From Armatimonadota bacterium (GTDB taxonomy: Bacteria > Armatimonadota > Fimbriimonadia > Fimbriimonadales > Fimbriimonadaceae), in the NCBI GenBank assembly GCA_018268315.1, contig JAFDWU010000001.1, positions 567,295 through 631,294 of the forward strand: 64,000 nucleotides of DNA, given 5' to 3'. Positions 63,985 through 64,000 of the stretch are shown here, piece by piece. The notes under the pieces are model-generated. The model ran no database searches. It was not told the origin of the DNA and saw only the letters and a program-made list of their open reading frames with translations. A program made the translations under genes and the position numbers. The number at the start of each line of letters is the position of its first letter. The first letter of the stretch is position 1.

Positions 63985-64000
63985 GTGCTGAAAATTTGGC

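Overview
This 64-kb window is a densely packed, GC-rich (roughly 58-60% by eye) stretch of a bacterial chromosome with about 70 protein genes and one tRNA. Nearly all of it is core housekeeping. Recognisable genes include zwf-gnd, ileS-lspA, ychF, secA, coaD, uvrC, deoB, purK, RNase J, lexA, rsmI, ftsY, yvcK, rpsO-pnp, kbl, speE, rsgA, thyX, rfbA, tatD and rimO. There is also one long minus-strand ribosomal block: (infA)-rpmJ-rpsM-rpsK-rpoA-rplQ-truA-rplM-rpsI. Between these sit several exported proteins: CBM9/DUF5916-like, cadherin/Ig-like, a PEP-CTERM protein, an H-X9-DG pilin-like protein, a PQQ beta-propeller and an NlpC/P60 peptidase. The gene content (PEP-CTERM, H-X9-DG pilin-like, DarA, RNase J, YvcK, Firmicutes-like rplQ-truA-rplM-rpsI order) suggests an Armatimonadota- or PVC-like lineage, but that is inference only. 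I found no rRNA, CRISPR array, transposase, integrase, prophage or recognisable defence island, so I cannot point to a multi-gene novel system. The observations most worth follow-up are small-scale. (1) A signal-peptide-bearing small ORF ending in ...NPRDGPLS-stop lies 72 nt upstream of an SD-less secA, which matches SecM/RAPP-type arrest-peptide architecture. (2) An ECF sigma factor sits beside a soluble RsrA-like ZAS anti-sigma protein and an exported CxxC thioredoxin-fold protein that has an ECF-type promoter. (3) PNPase carries a ~115-aa RGG/RGD low-complexity tail. (4) There are unusual leaders or possible operators at lexA, rsgA and rpsO. All functional calls rest on my own recognition of motifs in the supplied translations; no database search was possible.
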